Shown: positions 23,303 through 33,613, numbered from the stretch's first letter. The stretch: 64,000 nt of DNA from Nitrospinales bacterium (GCA_965262115.1 OZ253496.1:1920001-1984000); one strand, 5' to 3'. The notes: a model not told the origin generated them from the letters alone. Numbers and translations: made by a program.

Positions 23303-24628
23303 TCATTTAGTTCCCCTCTTTAACTCCGTTGTATCGGCGCGATGTTCGAGAATGAGAAACAACGTTAGTGCCACCGCCCCGACCGCCGAAACAACCAGTA
23401 AGATAGTTAAAAACTGACTCCAGCCATCGGCTCGGTCTGCCACCGCGCCGCCGATGAAATCAAAAGCCATGGCGAATGTATAACCCACAGCATCTATAAT
23501 TCCAACCAAAACGCCACAGCGAACGCCACCAAACTCAACGGAGAAAACGCTCATCGGGATGTAATAGCACGGTGATATCGCCACACCAAAAAACATGATG
23601 GCTGCCAAAGTGGTCCAGAGTGCCAGGGTATGGGTCAAACCCAATGAGGGAATCAGCAGCAGTGCCGCCAGACAAAATACAGAAAACACCATCATGCCGC
23701 CGAGAACAAAAATGCGGGTTCTCTTGCTGATGACGTCGAAAACAAATCCGCCTAACAGCGCAGAAATCAAACAACCAATGGGAAAAGCAGAAGATGTCAT
23801 CACTGCAATTCCTGCGGTCAATCCAAATGTTTCTTTCAGATAAATGGGAATAAAACCCTGGATCTCAAAAAGAACCGTGAGGCAGGTGATGCTTAAACAG
23901 ATCAGCCAAACCCGAGGGCTTTTAGAAAAATAGAGCAAGGCCTGGGACAAAGTCAGACCATCCACAGGATGAGGCTTTTTCTCGACCTCTTTTTCTTCAG
24001 CCGTGGCCGCCAGCCCTGCATCTTTTGGAGATTGTTTCAGAATGAAAATGATGAGCAAAAGAACGACACCGGCTATCGCAACTGCCGTTGCGATCACACC
24101 TTGCCAGGATATCACCAGAAAAAGGCTTCCTAGCCCCAGTGTTGTGACTACTGAACTGAACCTGGAGCTGGACGAAATGATACCCCATATTCGACCCCGC
24201 CAATTCTGCGGATACCAAATACGAATGAGGTTGGCCATTGCAGGCCAGCCTGCAGATTTTCCAAACAACGCCACAAAGTAAGCGATTGAAAAAAAGAGCA
24301 CGCCTGACATTGTGCTGAAAACAGTCGTGGCCAGCATGCAAAGGGACAAGGAAAAAATGAAAACTCGTCGCCCACCGAATCTGTCGGCCAAAACTCCATT
24401 AATGAGTTTGCCAGCCACCGTACCGGCTGTACCCCAGCCAAGAATTGCACCCCAGGCGGTTTTAGTCAGGCCCAGCATAGGATCGTCGAGCATTGCCGGG
24501 CCGGAAATCACAACGGTCTTGCGGCACATATAAAGTGCCGCGTAGCCCACGTACATGCAACCTAAGACGATCATTTCCCATCTAAATCTGGGATCCTGGC
24601 GAAATCGATCTATCAAGTTGGCACTCAT
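23303..24628 (-). CDS. MFS transporter (GlpT/UhpC-like)
   Basis: About 12 TM; GYAALYMCRK, GVLADRFGGR, WYP..RGRIWG motifs. Confidence 0.85.
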   Translation of the reverse strand: MSANLIDRFRQDPRFRWEMIVLGCMYVGYAALYMCRKTVVISGPAMLDDPMLGLTKTAWGAILGWGTAGTVAGKLINGVLADRFGGRRVFIFSLSLCMLATTVFSTMSGVLFFSIAYFVALFGKSAGWPAMANLIRIWYPQNWRGRIWGIISSSSRFSSVVTTLGLGSLFLVISWQGVIATAVAIAGVVLLLIIFILKQSPKDAGLAATAEEKEVEKKPHPVDGLTLSQALLYFSKSPRVWLICLSITCLTVLFEIQGFIPIYLKETFGLTAGIAVMTSSAFPIGCLISALLGGFVFDVISKRTRIFVLGGMMVFSVFCLAALLLIPSLGLTHTLALWTTLAAIMFFGVAISPCYYIPMSVFSVEFGGVRCGVLVGIIDAVGYTFAMAFDFIGGAVADRADGWSQFLTILLVVSAVGAVALTLFLILEHRADTTELKRGTK

Positions 24629-24634
24629 CCTGGA

Positions 24635-25132
24635 TCATTCATTTTTTTTTAAGATGTTTACCGTTTTGGAAAAAACCATGGAGTTGGGAATCAAAATAAT
24701 TTTTTCATTATTTTCGAGGGTGGTGTAGCGAAAATCGATATGGGCCACTTTCCCCTCCTCTCCTGACACAACAATAAAATCTCCGATATCAAAGGGGTGA
24801 TAGACTAAAATCAAAACCCCCGACAATAAATTTGAAATCGTATCTTTGAGAGCAAAGCCCAACGCAAAGCCCGAAAGCCCCAAGCCGGCTACCAGCGCAG
24901 AAACATTTATTCCCAAAGTTCCCAAAGCGGTAACAGTACCAAATGCCAGAATACTTACCTTTGCGACTCCGGAAACAAGAGAACTTATAGGTTCTTGCAG
25001 GCCCCATCGGTCTCCAAATTTTCTTAACATGGTCTGGGTTGTTTTTGAGATGACCCAAAAACAAAAAAAGACCGCTATTGCCATGCCCAGCTTTGGCAAC
25101 CACAGTAGCAATTGATCTTCAATAGTCTGCAT
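24635..25132 (-). CDS. Small mechanosensitive channel MscS family protein
   Basis: GFALKDTISNLLSG, PFDIGD, IPNS motifs. Confidence 0.88.
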   Translation of the reverse strand: MQTIEDQLLLWLPKLGMAIAVFFCFWVISKTTQTMLRKFGDRWGLQEPISSLVSGVAKVSILAFGTVTALGTLGINVSALVAGLGLSGFALGFALKDTISNLLSGVLILVYHPFDIGDFIVVSGEEGKVAHIDFRYTTLENNEKIILIPNSMVFSKTVNILKKNE

Positions 25133-25223
25133 CCTGCCACCTCCGTCGAAACTTGATTTACAATAATTTTAAAAATTTCAACTCATTTGGGCTTTTCAAT
25201 TCCCACGATACAATACAATCCAC

Positions 25224-25260
25224 TAAAAAAGGGGTCAACCCTTTCGAGTTAACCCCTTTA
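25224..25260. terminator. Bidirectional terminator-like hairpin
   Basis: aaaaaaggggtcaac-N-gttaaccccttt. Confidence 0.55.
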
Positions 25261-25267
25261 TATATGA

Positions 25268-25310
25268 TGGACTTGATGGGGATCGAACCAAGGACCTACT
25301 GATTAAGAGT
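25268..25310 (-). other. 3' half of a tRNA-Lys(CTT)-like gene (att remnant)
   Basis: Minus strand actcttaatcagtaggtccttggttcgatccccatcaagtcca: anticodon loop, T-arm and CCA; no 5' half. Confidence 0.65.
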
Positions 25311-25356
25311 GGCCACTTTACTCTTCTTATCACGATTACCGTATAATTTTAGTGCT

Positions 25357-25692
25357 ATGGTCGAACTTCTTCTTATCATTCATTTTGTCATTATTCTGTT
25401 TATCATTTTCGGGTTGCCGGTCGGTCTGTATTTTAACTCCCGTCTGTTCCGCATCATCCACGCTAGTTCCCTGGCGGGGGTCGCCCTGCTGATGGTTCTG
25501 AAAGTCCCCTGTCCCTTGACCATCTGGGAAGAGATGTTGAGACAAAGCCCGGTCTATGAAGGGTCTTTCATAACAAGCTGGCTCAACCGGATCATCTATC
25601 TGGAAGATTTTGATCCCACCTTCGTGCCTTACCTGAGTGTGGGTTTCTTTTTTCTGGTTTCCCTTAAAACCTTACGGACATTTAAAAAATAA
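25357..25692 (+). CDS. DUF2784-like membrane protein
   Basis: IIHF...H...CPLTIWE..LR...GSFI motif pattern. Confidence 0.7.
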   Translation: MVELLLIIHFVIILFIIFGLPVGLYFNSRLFRIIHASSLAGVALLMVLKVPCPLTIWEEMLRQSPVYEGSFITSWLNRIIYLEDFDPTFVPYLSVGFFFLVSLKTLRTFKK

Positions 25693-25709
25693 AAATATGG
25701 AATCCTAAA

Positions 25710-25931
25710 TTGAAGAAAACCATAGGCTATATATTATTGGTTCTGTCCTTCGTTCCGTGGGCACTCATTGCTCTCCTCCCATTTCTGGACTTGTCAACAG
25801 GACAGATAGCCGGTGCGACTACAATTTTAATCATTGCAGCGGAGGTGGCATTCTTTGCAGCTATTGCTTTATTGGGTAAAGAAGTTTGGCAACGTATCAA
25901 AGCAATATTTAAACCAGGGCCGAAGGGGTAG
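25710..25931 (+). CDS. Small 2-TM membrane protein (transporter-suffix-domain-like)
   Basis: Two hydrophobic helices, AEVAF...LLGKE. Confidence 0.6.
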   Translation: MKKTIGYILLVLSFVPWALIALLPFLDLSTGQIAGATTILIIAAEVAFFAAIALLGKEVWQRIKAIFKPGPKG

Positions 25932-25948
25932 AAGAGATCCTGGAGGGT

Positions 25949-26509
25949 TTAGTACGCCGATTGGCGTTTTTCGAATTTATGCGAATGTAAAAGTTTCCGC
26001 GCTTCCTGGGCCAGGGTTTTGAGTCCGGAAAATTCATCTGCATTCTCGTTGCTCTTTAACGCCAGCACCTTTTTCTGTTTTGCCAGATACAGCAGCCCCT
26101 CGTAACGGATGACCCCGGTCTTCAGGTTTCGCCGGAAGATGAAGATTACATCCTCATCATATTGTTGAGCCAGTTCCTGCAGTCGATCCCGCGTGACCGG
26201 TCCGGTAAAAGCTTCCCCGGCTTTGGCGGGCGCAATGCGGGCCGGGTCTACCTTCAACAGGGTTTTACGGATCTGTTTGAGGTCGGGTGGGATTACGTCC
26301 TTTTCACTAGTTTGGCTGGCGCGGTTTTCGATCACCCGCAGGGATTGAGGAAACACCAGCATCTTGATGGCGCTGTCCGATTTGCCTTTGTCAATCAGGT
26401 CGGCATCCGCTGGGACTGCCGTTAAAGTGCAGAGCGACGCAAAAAGACAGGAAGCAAACAGGCACGCGTTTTCAGTTCGGCTTTTACTATTTTGTATAAA
26501 GTTAAACAT
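25949..26509 (-). CDS. Secreted hypothetical protein
   Basis: 186-aa ORF with signal-peptide-like N-terminus. Confidence 0.55.
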   Translation of the reverse strand: MFNFIQNSKSRTENACLFASCLFASLCTLTAVPADADLIDKGKSDSAIKMLVFPQSLRVIENRASQTSEKDVIPPDLKQIRKTLLKVDPARIAPAKAGEAFTGPVTRDRLQELAQQYDEDVIFIFRRNLKTGVIRYEGLLYLAKQKKVLALKSNENADEFSGLKTLAQEARKLLHSHKFEKRQSAY

Positions 26510-26627
26510 AGAGTCTGAATCTGTTCCTGCAAGTAAAATGGAGGCTCTGTCTTTTCCTTGAATTTTACTTGTTATAATCGGTCGGGTATACTGGTTCTTT
26601 TAAAAAAACACTCTGGGGTTTTGATTT

Positions 26628-27344
26628 ATGAAATTCCTCAAAATTTTCCTGATTGTCCAGATGGTGATGGTTGCGCCTTGGCTGTTAAACCCGGCACAGG
26701 CTGACAACTCAAAAATATGCTATGACCTGCTTCGTCCCCTTGAAAAGCAGGTTCAAAAGATTAAAGACCGTGGCGGGATATGGGAATTGTTTGAGAATGG
26801 AGCGGCTTTACGAAAACATTCCATTGCGGGGCTTCATGCCGACGCTAAAATAACCTCCGTCATAGACACCATAGACTACCTGTGCGAAAACCAGGAAGGT
26901 CTGCCCGTACGCGAGGTGACTCATCAACTCGTCCCCATGATGAGAAAAATGGGGCGGGAGGGTTTTATAAAACATTATTTAGCTTTTTTCCATTCCATTG
27001 AGGTGATTGAAGAATGGGCAAAGTATGCTGAATATTTTGAGGCGAATCACCAACGCAAATTGGATTTCAACCAGACGAAGACCACCCTCGACAAGGCGCA
27101 GAAATTTGTTGAGCGCTATTCGGCACTGGCCCAACATATCGACTCGGTCAATGATGAAGAATCACGCATAAAATCTTCAGGCTTGCTGGTACCTCCTCCA
27201 AATGTCGAAGGAATTGTTGAGGAATGTAAAACGCTTACTGAGGATATCAAGCAGTTCGTCGCTATAGACCCCCTTTTAATTCAAGCTAATCTTGAAAAAT
27301 CAGAGATCCCTTACGCACCCTACCTGACTGGAAGTGGAGAATAA
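26628..27344 (+). CDS. Secreted hypothetical protein
   Basis: 238 aa, signal peptide ending AQA. Confidence 0.65.
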   Translation: MKFLKIFLIVQMVMVAPWLLNPAQADNSKICYDLLRPLEKQVQKIKDRGGIWELFENGAALRKHSIAGLHADAKITSVIDTIDYLCENQEGLPVREVTHQLVPMMRKMGREGFIKHYLAFFHSIEVIEEWAKYAEYFEANHQRKLDFNQTKTTLDKAQKFVERYSALAQHIDSVNDEESRIKSSGLLVPPPNVEGIVEECKTLTEDIKQFVAIDPLLIQANLEKSEIPYAPYLTGSGE

Positions 27345-27362
27345 GAAGCACCCTCTTTGAGG

Positions 27363-27609
27363 GAGAGCTTTACATAACCCCGGATTACCCCTGCGGGGCA
27401 TGAAGTTTAATGAAGAGGATATCACATACCCCTGCGGGGCACGAAGGTTAAGGAAAAATATCACGTCTTCGTCACTTTGTTCCTCAGAATGACAAAATAG
27501 CCCAGTATTGTCATGCTGAGCTAGTGATATTTGACCTTTGAATTCTTGCCCCGTAGGGGTGTCTCGAAGCATCTTGCTTCTTCGTTTGTTCGACTTACGC
27601 AAAGGTCTC
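27363..27609. mobile_element. MITE-like element with GAGAsCTTTrC termini, containing two tandem 40-bp units (27386-27465)
   Basis: Ends gagagctttacataac / gacttacgcaaaggtctc; homologous to 49608-49937. Confidence 0.65.
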
Positions 27610-27637
27610 TCTGCGAAAGGCCTAATAGATAAAGCTC

Positions 27638-27976
27638 TTAAGCGGGTGGGGTGTCGGTCGATTCTTGCGGCTCATTCCCTCCCTCGTCAGAGGGATCGCT
27701 GGTGTCGTTGCTGGTGCCGGACCAATCCTCTTCGGCGAAGCGGTCGGTCATGGTGTGCAGGTCTTTTTTGTTGCGTTGAATTTTTTTCAGCAGGATTTTG
27801 GTTTCTTCATCGGGGAACAGGTCGTTCAGGTCGCTCTCTTCTTCGGGGAACACTGCGTTCAGGTCCACTGTTTCCGGGAACGGCAATGTGCTTTGCGGCG
27901 GAACAGGCATTTGCTCTTCTTCGTTGACGATTGCTTCCGGTTCTTGGGGGGGGGGGGGGGGGTGTTCTTCGTTCAT
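27638..27976 (-). CDS. Acidic low-complexity hypothetical protein
   Basis: 112 aa, GGAG RBS, poly-Pro from a G homopolymer. Confidence 0.45.
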   Translation of the reverse strand: MNEEHPPPPPQEPEAIVNEEEQMPVPPQSTLPFPETVDLNAVFPEEESDLNDLFPDEETKILLKKIQRNKKDLHTMTDRFAEEDWSGTSNDTSDPSDEGGNEPQESTDTPPA

Positions 27977-28150
27977 GCTCAGGTCTCCGTTCTGTTCTGC
28001 ATACTACTTAAAAATTTTTACTAAATCAAATCTCATGGAGGTCAATCACCCCCACCCTCTTTAAAAAGAGGGAGCAAAACCCTTTCAAGCCGAGACAACT
28101 GTTTGCCTGCAGAAAAAACATATTGCTAGTTGAGTCCAGCGTCACGCTGG

Positions 28151-28627
28151 TTAATAGCGGGCGAGCCATATTCCGAGGAACAGGGCGATGGCGATCATCC
28201 ATAGGGTCATTTTGCTCAGGCCGATCATCTTTTTGAGGTTCGGCGACACCAGATCTTTGTTAGCCGGCTTCAGGTCGAGGTCCGAGATCTGGATTCTCAG
28301 TGAGAAGGTGACATACATGCTGGTGAAAAATGCTCCTGCCACGAACAGCATCTTGATTCCGAACAGGTTGTAGTAACCGGGTTTGAGTCCGACCTGCGCC
28401 GAATAGTTTTCCAGCAGATAGTAGACCCCTGATCCTATGAGCATGAGCAAGCTGGCGAATACGGTTGGCGCCAGCAGGTCGAGGATTTTATAAGACGGCG
28501 AATTTTCATCGCGGTCGCCCGGATTTTTTTCGACCACGGGCAGGTAGACCTTCAGGCAATAGATGCTACTGCCCAACGCGACCCCTGTTGCCAGCAGGTG
28601 AATGAAAATGATGATGACGTTGGTCAT
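28151..28627 (-). CDS. 4-TM membrane protein (CopD-like fold)
   Basis: IHLLA..VALG, IKM motifs, four hydrophobic helices; overlaps pepA stop. Confidence 0.6.
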   Translation of the reverse strand: MTNVIIIFIHLLATGVALGSSIYCLKVYLPVVEKNPGDRDENSPSYKILDLLAPTVFASLLMLIGSGVYYLLENYSAQVGLKPGYYNLFGIKMLFVAGAFFTSMYVTFSLRIQISDLDLKPANKDLVSPNLKKMIGLSKMTLWMIAIALFLGIWLARY

Positions 28628-30144
28628 TTAGTTCGGCGGTGTTCCAGATAATGGATGAGCAGGCGCACGCCATAGCCGGACGCGCCTTTTGGGGTGTAGG
28701 CGGTTGCTTCTCCCCATGCGGTGCCGGCGATATCGATATGGGTCCAGGGCTGGTCGCCCGCGAATGCTTTGAGAAACGCGGCGCCCATGCTGCTGCCTGC
28801 GCCGACTCCCGGTGACGCGATATTTTTGAGATCGGCGATATCGCTTTTGGTGGCTTTATCAAATTCTTCCCACAGTGGCAGTTCCCACACCCGTTCACCT
28901 GTGGCATCGCCGGATTCTTTCAGACGTTTGATCATGGCAGGGTTGGTGCCAATGACGGCGGCGGCCTGGTGTCCCAATGCCATGATCACCGCACCGGTCA
29001 AAGTGGCGAGGTCGATCACTTCTTTTGGTTTATAGCGTTGCGCGTAGGTCAGCGCGTCTGCGAGGACCAGTCGGCCTTCGGCATCGGTATTGAGCACTTC
29101 GATAGTTTTGCCGGACATGCTTTTTAAAATATCGCCGGGTTTGATGGCTGATCCACCGGGCATATTTTCTGCCGCGGCCACGATGCCGATGACGTTGACC
29201 GGCAGTTTCAGGCTGGCGATGGCTTGCAGGGTCGAAAGCGTTGTGGCGGCGCCGGACATATCCATCTTCATCTCGTCCATGCCCGCTCCCGGTTTGAGCG
29301 AAATGCCGCCGGTGTCGAAGGTGACGCCTTTACCCACTATGACGGTCGGGGCTTTCTTTTTAGCGGTGCCGAAATACTCCAGCACGATCAGTGCGGGCGG
29401 TTCATGACTGCCGCGCGAAACGCCGAGCAGGGCACCCATGCAGAGTTTTTCCATTTCCTTTTTGCCCAGCACCTTGCAGGTGATTTTAGATTTGCGGGCG
29501 ATTTTTTTTGCGTGGTCCGCAAGATAAGTCGGGGTCGCCGTGTTACCGGGATGCGAGATTAAATTTCTTGCCGCATGCACGGCGCTGACGATTTTTTCGG
29601 CCCGGTCAATGGCTTTCTCCAATATGGCGGTTTTCGTTTTTGATTCCGCAACCAGGGTCAGCTTTTGCAGTCGGCTGGGCGGATCGTCTTTTTCATCCTG
29701 GCTTTTGTATTCGTCGAAATGGTAGAGGGCGAGTCCTGCCCCTTCTGCCACGGCCCCGGCAAATTCGCCATAGCGCGGACCTTTGGCGATTTTCTCGAAA
29801 CAGCCTAAATAATCCGAAACCGATTTGAAGTTTGATTTTTCCGCCAGCTTGGCTGCGGTCCCCGATGCTTTGCAGATTTTTTCGGCGGTGAGGTCTTTGG
29901 TTTTTCCGATACCGACCAGCAGCAGGTTGTCGGCTTTCAGGTTGCCGTTACAACTCAGCAAAAGGGTCTGGTTGGATTTTCCCTCGAAGCGTTTGTTTTC
30001 AAATGCCGTGGTGATGGCGCCGTTGAGGGCGGTGTCAACGTCCTTCAAAGTTCCGCCCGGTTTTTTTTCTTCCGGGCAGGGCAGAATGAGGCATTCGGTT
30101 TTATGGTTAAGGGGGCTATCGGATTTCTGGTTTATTTTTATCAT
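28624..30144 (-). CDS. pepA: Leucyl aminopeptidase (M17)
   Basis: VGKGVTFDTGG, MKMDMSG, NTDAEGRL, ATLTGA, HIDIAG. Confidence 0.95.
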   Translation of the reverse strand: MIKINQKSDSPLNHKTECLILPCPEEKKPGGTLKDVDTALNGAITTAFENKRFEGKSNQTLLLSCNGNLKADNLLLVGIGKTKDLTAEKICKASGTAAKLAEKSNFKSVSDYLGCFEKIAKGPRYGEFAGAVAEGAGLALYHFDEYKSQDEKDDPPSRLQKLTLVAESKTKTAILEKAIDRAEKIVSAVHAARNLISHPGNTATPTYLADHAKKIARKSKITCKVLGKKEMEKLCMGALLGVSRGSHEPPALIVLEYFGTAKKKAPTVIVGKGVTFDTGGISLKPGAGMDEMKMDMSGAATTLSTLQAIASLKLPVNVIGIVAAAENMPGGSAIKPGDILKSMSGKTIEVLNTDAEGRLVLADALTYAQRYKPKEVIDLATLTGAVIMALGHQAAAVIGTNPAMIKRLKESGDATGERVWELPLWEEFDKATKSDIADLKNIASPGVGAGSSMGAAFLKAFAGDQPWTHIDIAGTAWGEATAYTPKGASGYGVRLLIHYLEHRRTK

Positions 30145-30287
30145 GGTCTCCTCTTATAAGGTAGAGGCTGTTAGTGGGGTTTGCGCCAAAGTGGGGCTCG
30201 CCTTAAAGTAGGGCTTGCGCCAATTAGATTAGAGTTTATATTTATGATCTACCGCAATCAACCTCAATTTTATAGATGGGGGGCCGT

Positions 30288-31349
30288 ATGAACATATTGA
30301 AGAGTTGTTTTCTTTCAAGGTTTATGGCCATCGCCCTGGTGATGGGGCTCACCGGCATGGCGCAGGCAGAAACTATCATTGAGTATTTGACACCGACTGC
30401 CGCGAGCAGTCCGGCGGGATTGGATTTCGATTCTAAAGGCAACCTCTGGTTTGTGGAGATCAACGGCAACAAGGTCGGCAAACTAACACCGGGGAAGGTG
30501 AAGGAGGGGACCTCTGACGGAATCATTGAGTATGAGATGCCTCATGCCAACAGTAGGCCACAATATCTTATAGTTTCTCGCGACGATATCGTCTGGTTCA
30601 GCGAAATAGGGGGTAACCGCATTGGGCGGCTGGACCCTGCCACTGGGGTAATAAGGGAATACGTTATTCCCACGCCTAAGAGTGAACCACATCAATTGTT
30701 TGAGTCGGAGGATGGGAAGATCTGGTTCACCGAGTTTGAAGCCAACAAAATTGGCAGGCTCGATCCGATAACGGGAGAGATCAAAGAATTCCCGGTCCAT
30801 GAAGGCCACCCGCATGATCTGGTGGTCGACGATGAATACGTCTGGTACACGCAGGGGGGCAAGTTCTGGGCCAAGGTGTTTGCCAACAAAATTGGGTATT
30901 TGGAGATTGAAACGGGCAAAGTCGGGGGAATTGTGATCCCTCCAGCAAAATCGGTTCCGCACGGGATGTTTCTCGCGTCGGATGGCACCATCTGGTTCAC
31001 CCAGTTTTTCGCCAACAAAATTTCGCGTTTGGACTTTTCAGAAGATTTCCCGCCCAAGGTGATTGACTATCAGGTTCCGGGAAAAAGAACCGGAGCGCAC
31101 GATCTCGTTGTGGATTACGACAAGCGGTGGGTCTGGTTTGTGGCCAACCACAAAGACAGCATTGGCAGGCTCGATGTAAACGAAGCCGAACCGGGAACCT
31201 CCAAAGGCATTAAACTGTTCGCTTTGCCGACCAAGGGTGCGCACCCCAGCAACCTGGTGCTGGACAAGGAAGGCAATGTCTGGTTCACGGAAATGTGAAT
31301 GTATTTCCGGGGAAGGTACCAGAATAAAATAGGCAAGTTGGTGCCTTGA
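30288..31349 (+). CDS. Secreted Vgb (virginiamycin B lyase)-like beta-propeller; in-frame TGA at 31296-98 removes the last 16 aa
   Basis: Repeated G.IWF.E...NKIGRLDP blades; frame continues MYFRGRYQNKIGKLVP. Confidence 0.8.
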
Positions 31350-31587
31350 ATTTTGGGTACCAGAGGGGGTGAGGTCGTTTGCAGGGATTGTCAGGTGAGT
31401 TTTCTCTGGAAATGAGGCTGTTGTTTCCGCTCACAACTGGTTTTACAACTTTATTATTAGAGGGTTAACGCTTGAAACCCGGTTTGGGGCCATGTTTTGA
31501 GGCCCTTAGTGTGGTCGGCTGTCAGGTTGTAAACAGGGGCTTTAAAAAATTCCCCAAAGCCTTGCAAAATCAGGTAGAAAGCAAGGA

Positions 31588-31616
31588 TTGACAATCAGTG
31601 TGGGGGTCACTAGAAT
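31588..31616 (+). promoter_or_regulatory. sigma70-like promoter
   Basis: TTGACA-17 bp-TAGAAT, 120 bp upstream of ATG 31736. Confidence 0.6.
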
Positions 31617-31735
31617 GGATGGAATTTTCCTGGGTTTTATGAGACATTGGATAATCTGGCAGGAGCTATTTTTCCCAGCCGGACAGCAAATTTTCACATA
31701 ATAATAAATTTTCGAATAACGACGGGAGATCGTCC

Positions 31736-33565
31736 ATGGAAGCCGTTGCAGAAAAAGGCCAGGCCGTTGCTCAAAAACAAGGCCAAATAAAAATAACCGT
31801 GTGTTTGAGCCTGAGTGGAATCGCTGAAGGTGGTCAGGACGTTTATGACGAGTTTCAGAAGCAGATCGGCGAAATGGAAGCCGATGCCACACTCGGTGAA
31901 CGAAAATGCGAAATGGCTCAGGTCGGGTGTCGGGGTTATTGCAGCCGCGATGTTCTGGTAGACGTTTATGTTCCCGGTGAAGATCGTGTGACTTATGAAA
32001 AGGTCAAACCGACGATGGTCAAAAACATTTTGAACGACCATATTGTTGGCGGCAAGGTGTTTAAAAAGGCCGCATCTAAAGACGATTATTATGTGAATCT
32101 GGAAAAGCAGACCCGCGTGGCGTTGGAGCACGGTGGTGCTATCGACCCTGAAAATATTGACGACTACATTAAAGTCGGTGGTTATGAAGCTTTGAAAAAA
32201 GTTCTCACCACTATGAAGCCGGAACAGGTGATCGCGGAAGTTAAAAAGTCCGGGTTGCGCGGCAAAGGTGGCGGTGGGTTTGTCACAGCCAACAAATGGG
32301 AGAAGGCGGCCAAGGCCCCGACGGACGAAAAAGGCACCCGCTACATCATGGTCAATGGAGACGAGGGCAACCCGGCTTCCTATATGGACCGCAGTGTCAT
32401 GGAAGGAGCGACGCATCAGGTTCTTGAAGGTTTATTGATCGGGGCTTATGCCATCGGCGCGACGGAAGGGATCATCTACACCCGTTCGGATTATTCCATT
32501 GCGGTGAAGCGCTTGAACATGGCTATCGAACAGGCCAAAGAGCGAGGTTTTCTCGGCGACAAAATTATGGGGTCAGATTTCAGCATCAATGTTCGGGTGC
32601 ATGAAGGGCTTGATGCGTTTATCGGTGGTGAGTCCACTGCGTTGATGGCCTCGGTTGAAGGCAAGCGTCCTTTCCCGAAAGCGCAGCCGCCGCATTCCTG
32701 CGATTCCGGATTGTGGGGCAAGCCGACCGTGTTGAACAATGCTGAAACCTGGGCCACGGTTCCCAAGATCATCAAGAAAGGCGCGGACTGGTATGCGGCG
32801 ATGGGCAATGAAAATGCTCAGGGTTGCAAGGTCTGGGCGATTGCCGGAAACATCAAGTACAACGGCTTGATGGAACTGGATATGAAAACCACCCTCCGGG
32901 AAGCCATTGACGATTATTGCGGCGGCATTCAAAAGAAAAAAGAGCTTAAGGTTATCCATGTCGGCGGTGTAACGGGCGGATTCCTTCCCCCGGGAAAAGC
33001 CGATACCCCAACGGACTACGAAAGCCTGCTTGACGTGGGCGTGTTGATGGGGCAGGCCAGTTTTTCGGCTTATGATGATTCGGCTTGCGTGATTGATCTC
33101 TCGCTTTTTTCTATCGGGTTTAACGAAAGCGAAACCTGCGGCAAGTGCACTCCCTGTCGGATTGGCCTGACGCTGATCAAAAACAAACTGACGGATATCG
33201 CCGAAGGCCGGGGCAAACTTGAAGATCTCGACAAGCTTCAGTCCTTGGCCGAGGAAATCAGCCAGACTTCTTTATGCGGACTGGGTGAAACGGCCCCGAA
33301 GGCAATTTTGACCGGCTTAAAATATTTCCGTAAAGAATATGAACGGCACATTGTCGACCAAATCTGTGACGCGGCGCGGTGTGTGGGCCTTTATCGTTAT
33401 TACGTTAAAGAAGAGGATTGTGTGGCCTGTGGCGCGTGTATCAAACCGTGTCCAACAGGGGCGATTACCGGGGGAACCCGCAAAGTTGCGGCGCACATTG
33501 ATATGGACTTGTGCATCAACTGCAATGCCTGTTACCAGGCCTGCGGATTCCTGGCCATCGAATAA
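31736..33565 (+). CDS. NuoF/HydB(BfuB)-like flavin Fe-S subunit with N-terminal thioredoxin-like and C-terminal 2x[4Fe-4S] domains
   Basis: SGLRGKGGGGF, NGDEGNP..MDR, GGEST, ETCGKCTPCR, SLCGLG, CVACGAC..CP, CINCNAC..C. Confidence 0.9.
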   Translation: MEAVAEKGQAVAQKQGQIKITVCLSLSGIAEGGQDVYDEFQKQIGEMEADATLGERKCEMAQVGCRGYCSRDVLVDVYVPGEDRVTYEKVKPTMVKNILNDHIVGGKVFKKAASKDDYYVNLEKQTRVALEHGGAIDPENIDDYIKVGGYEALKKVLTTMKPEQVIAEVKKSGLRGKGGGGFVTANKWEKAAKAPTDEKGTRYIMVNGDEGNPASYMDRSVMEGATHQVLEGLLIGAYAIGATEGIIYTRSDYSIAVKRLNMAIEQAKERGFLGDKIMGSDFSINVRVHEGLDAFIGGESTALMASVEGKRPFPKAQPPHSCDSGLWGKPTVLNNAETWATVPKIIKKGADWYAAMGNENAQGCKVWAIAGNIKYNGLMELDMKTTLREAIDDYCGGIQKKKELKVIHVGGVTGGFLPPGKADTPTDYESLLDVGVLMGQASFSAYDDSACVIDLSLFSIGFNESETCGKCTPCRIGLTLIKNKLTDIAEGRGKLEDLDKLQSLAEEISQTSLCGLGETAPKAILTGLKYFRKEYERHIVDQICDAARCVGLYRYYVKEEDCVACGACIKPCPTGAITGGTRKVAAHIDMDLCINCNACYQACGFLAIE

Positions 33566-33578
33566 ATTTTAATTTTAT

Positions 33579-33613
33579 AAAAGCCTGCCGGCATTTGCCG
33601 ACAGGCTTTTTTT
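33579..33613 (+). terminator. Rho-independent terminator
   Basis: aaaagcctgccggc-attt-gccgacaggc followed by a T-run. Confidence 0.8.

Noticed and set aside
27946..27962. Poly-G tract as phase-variation switch
   Set aside because: It encodes a poly-Pro run in an unknown ORF; no evidence of length variation from a single sequence
31296..31298. Selenocysteine or readthrough TGA in the Vgb-like gene
   Set aside because: The equivalent position in another blade is Gly, not Cys; a GGA>TGA change is simpler and no SECIS-like hairpin was recognised
31694..32416. Long antisense ORFs (also 54485-55024, 47341-47844, 14231-14776)
   Set aside because: Shadows of well-supported genes on the opposite strand, with no motifs
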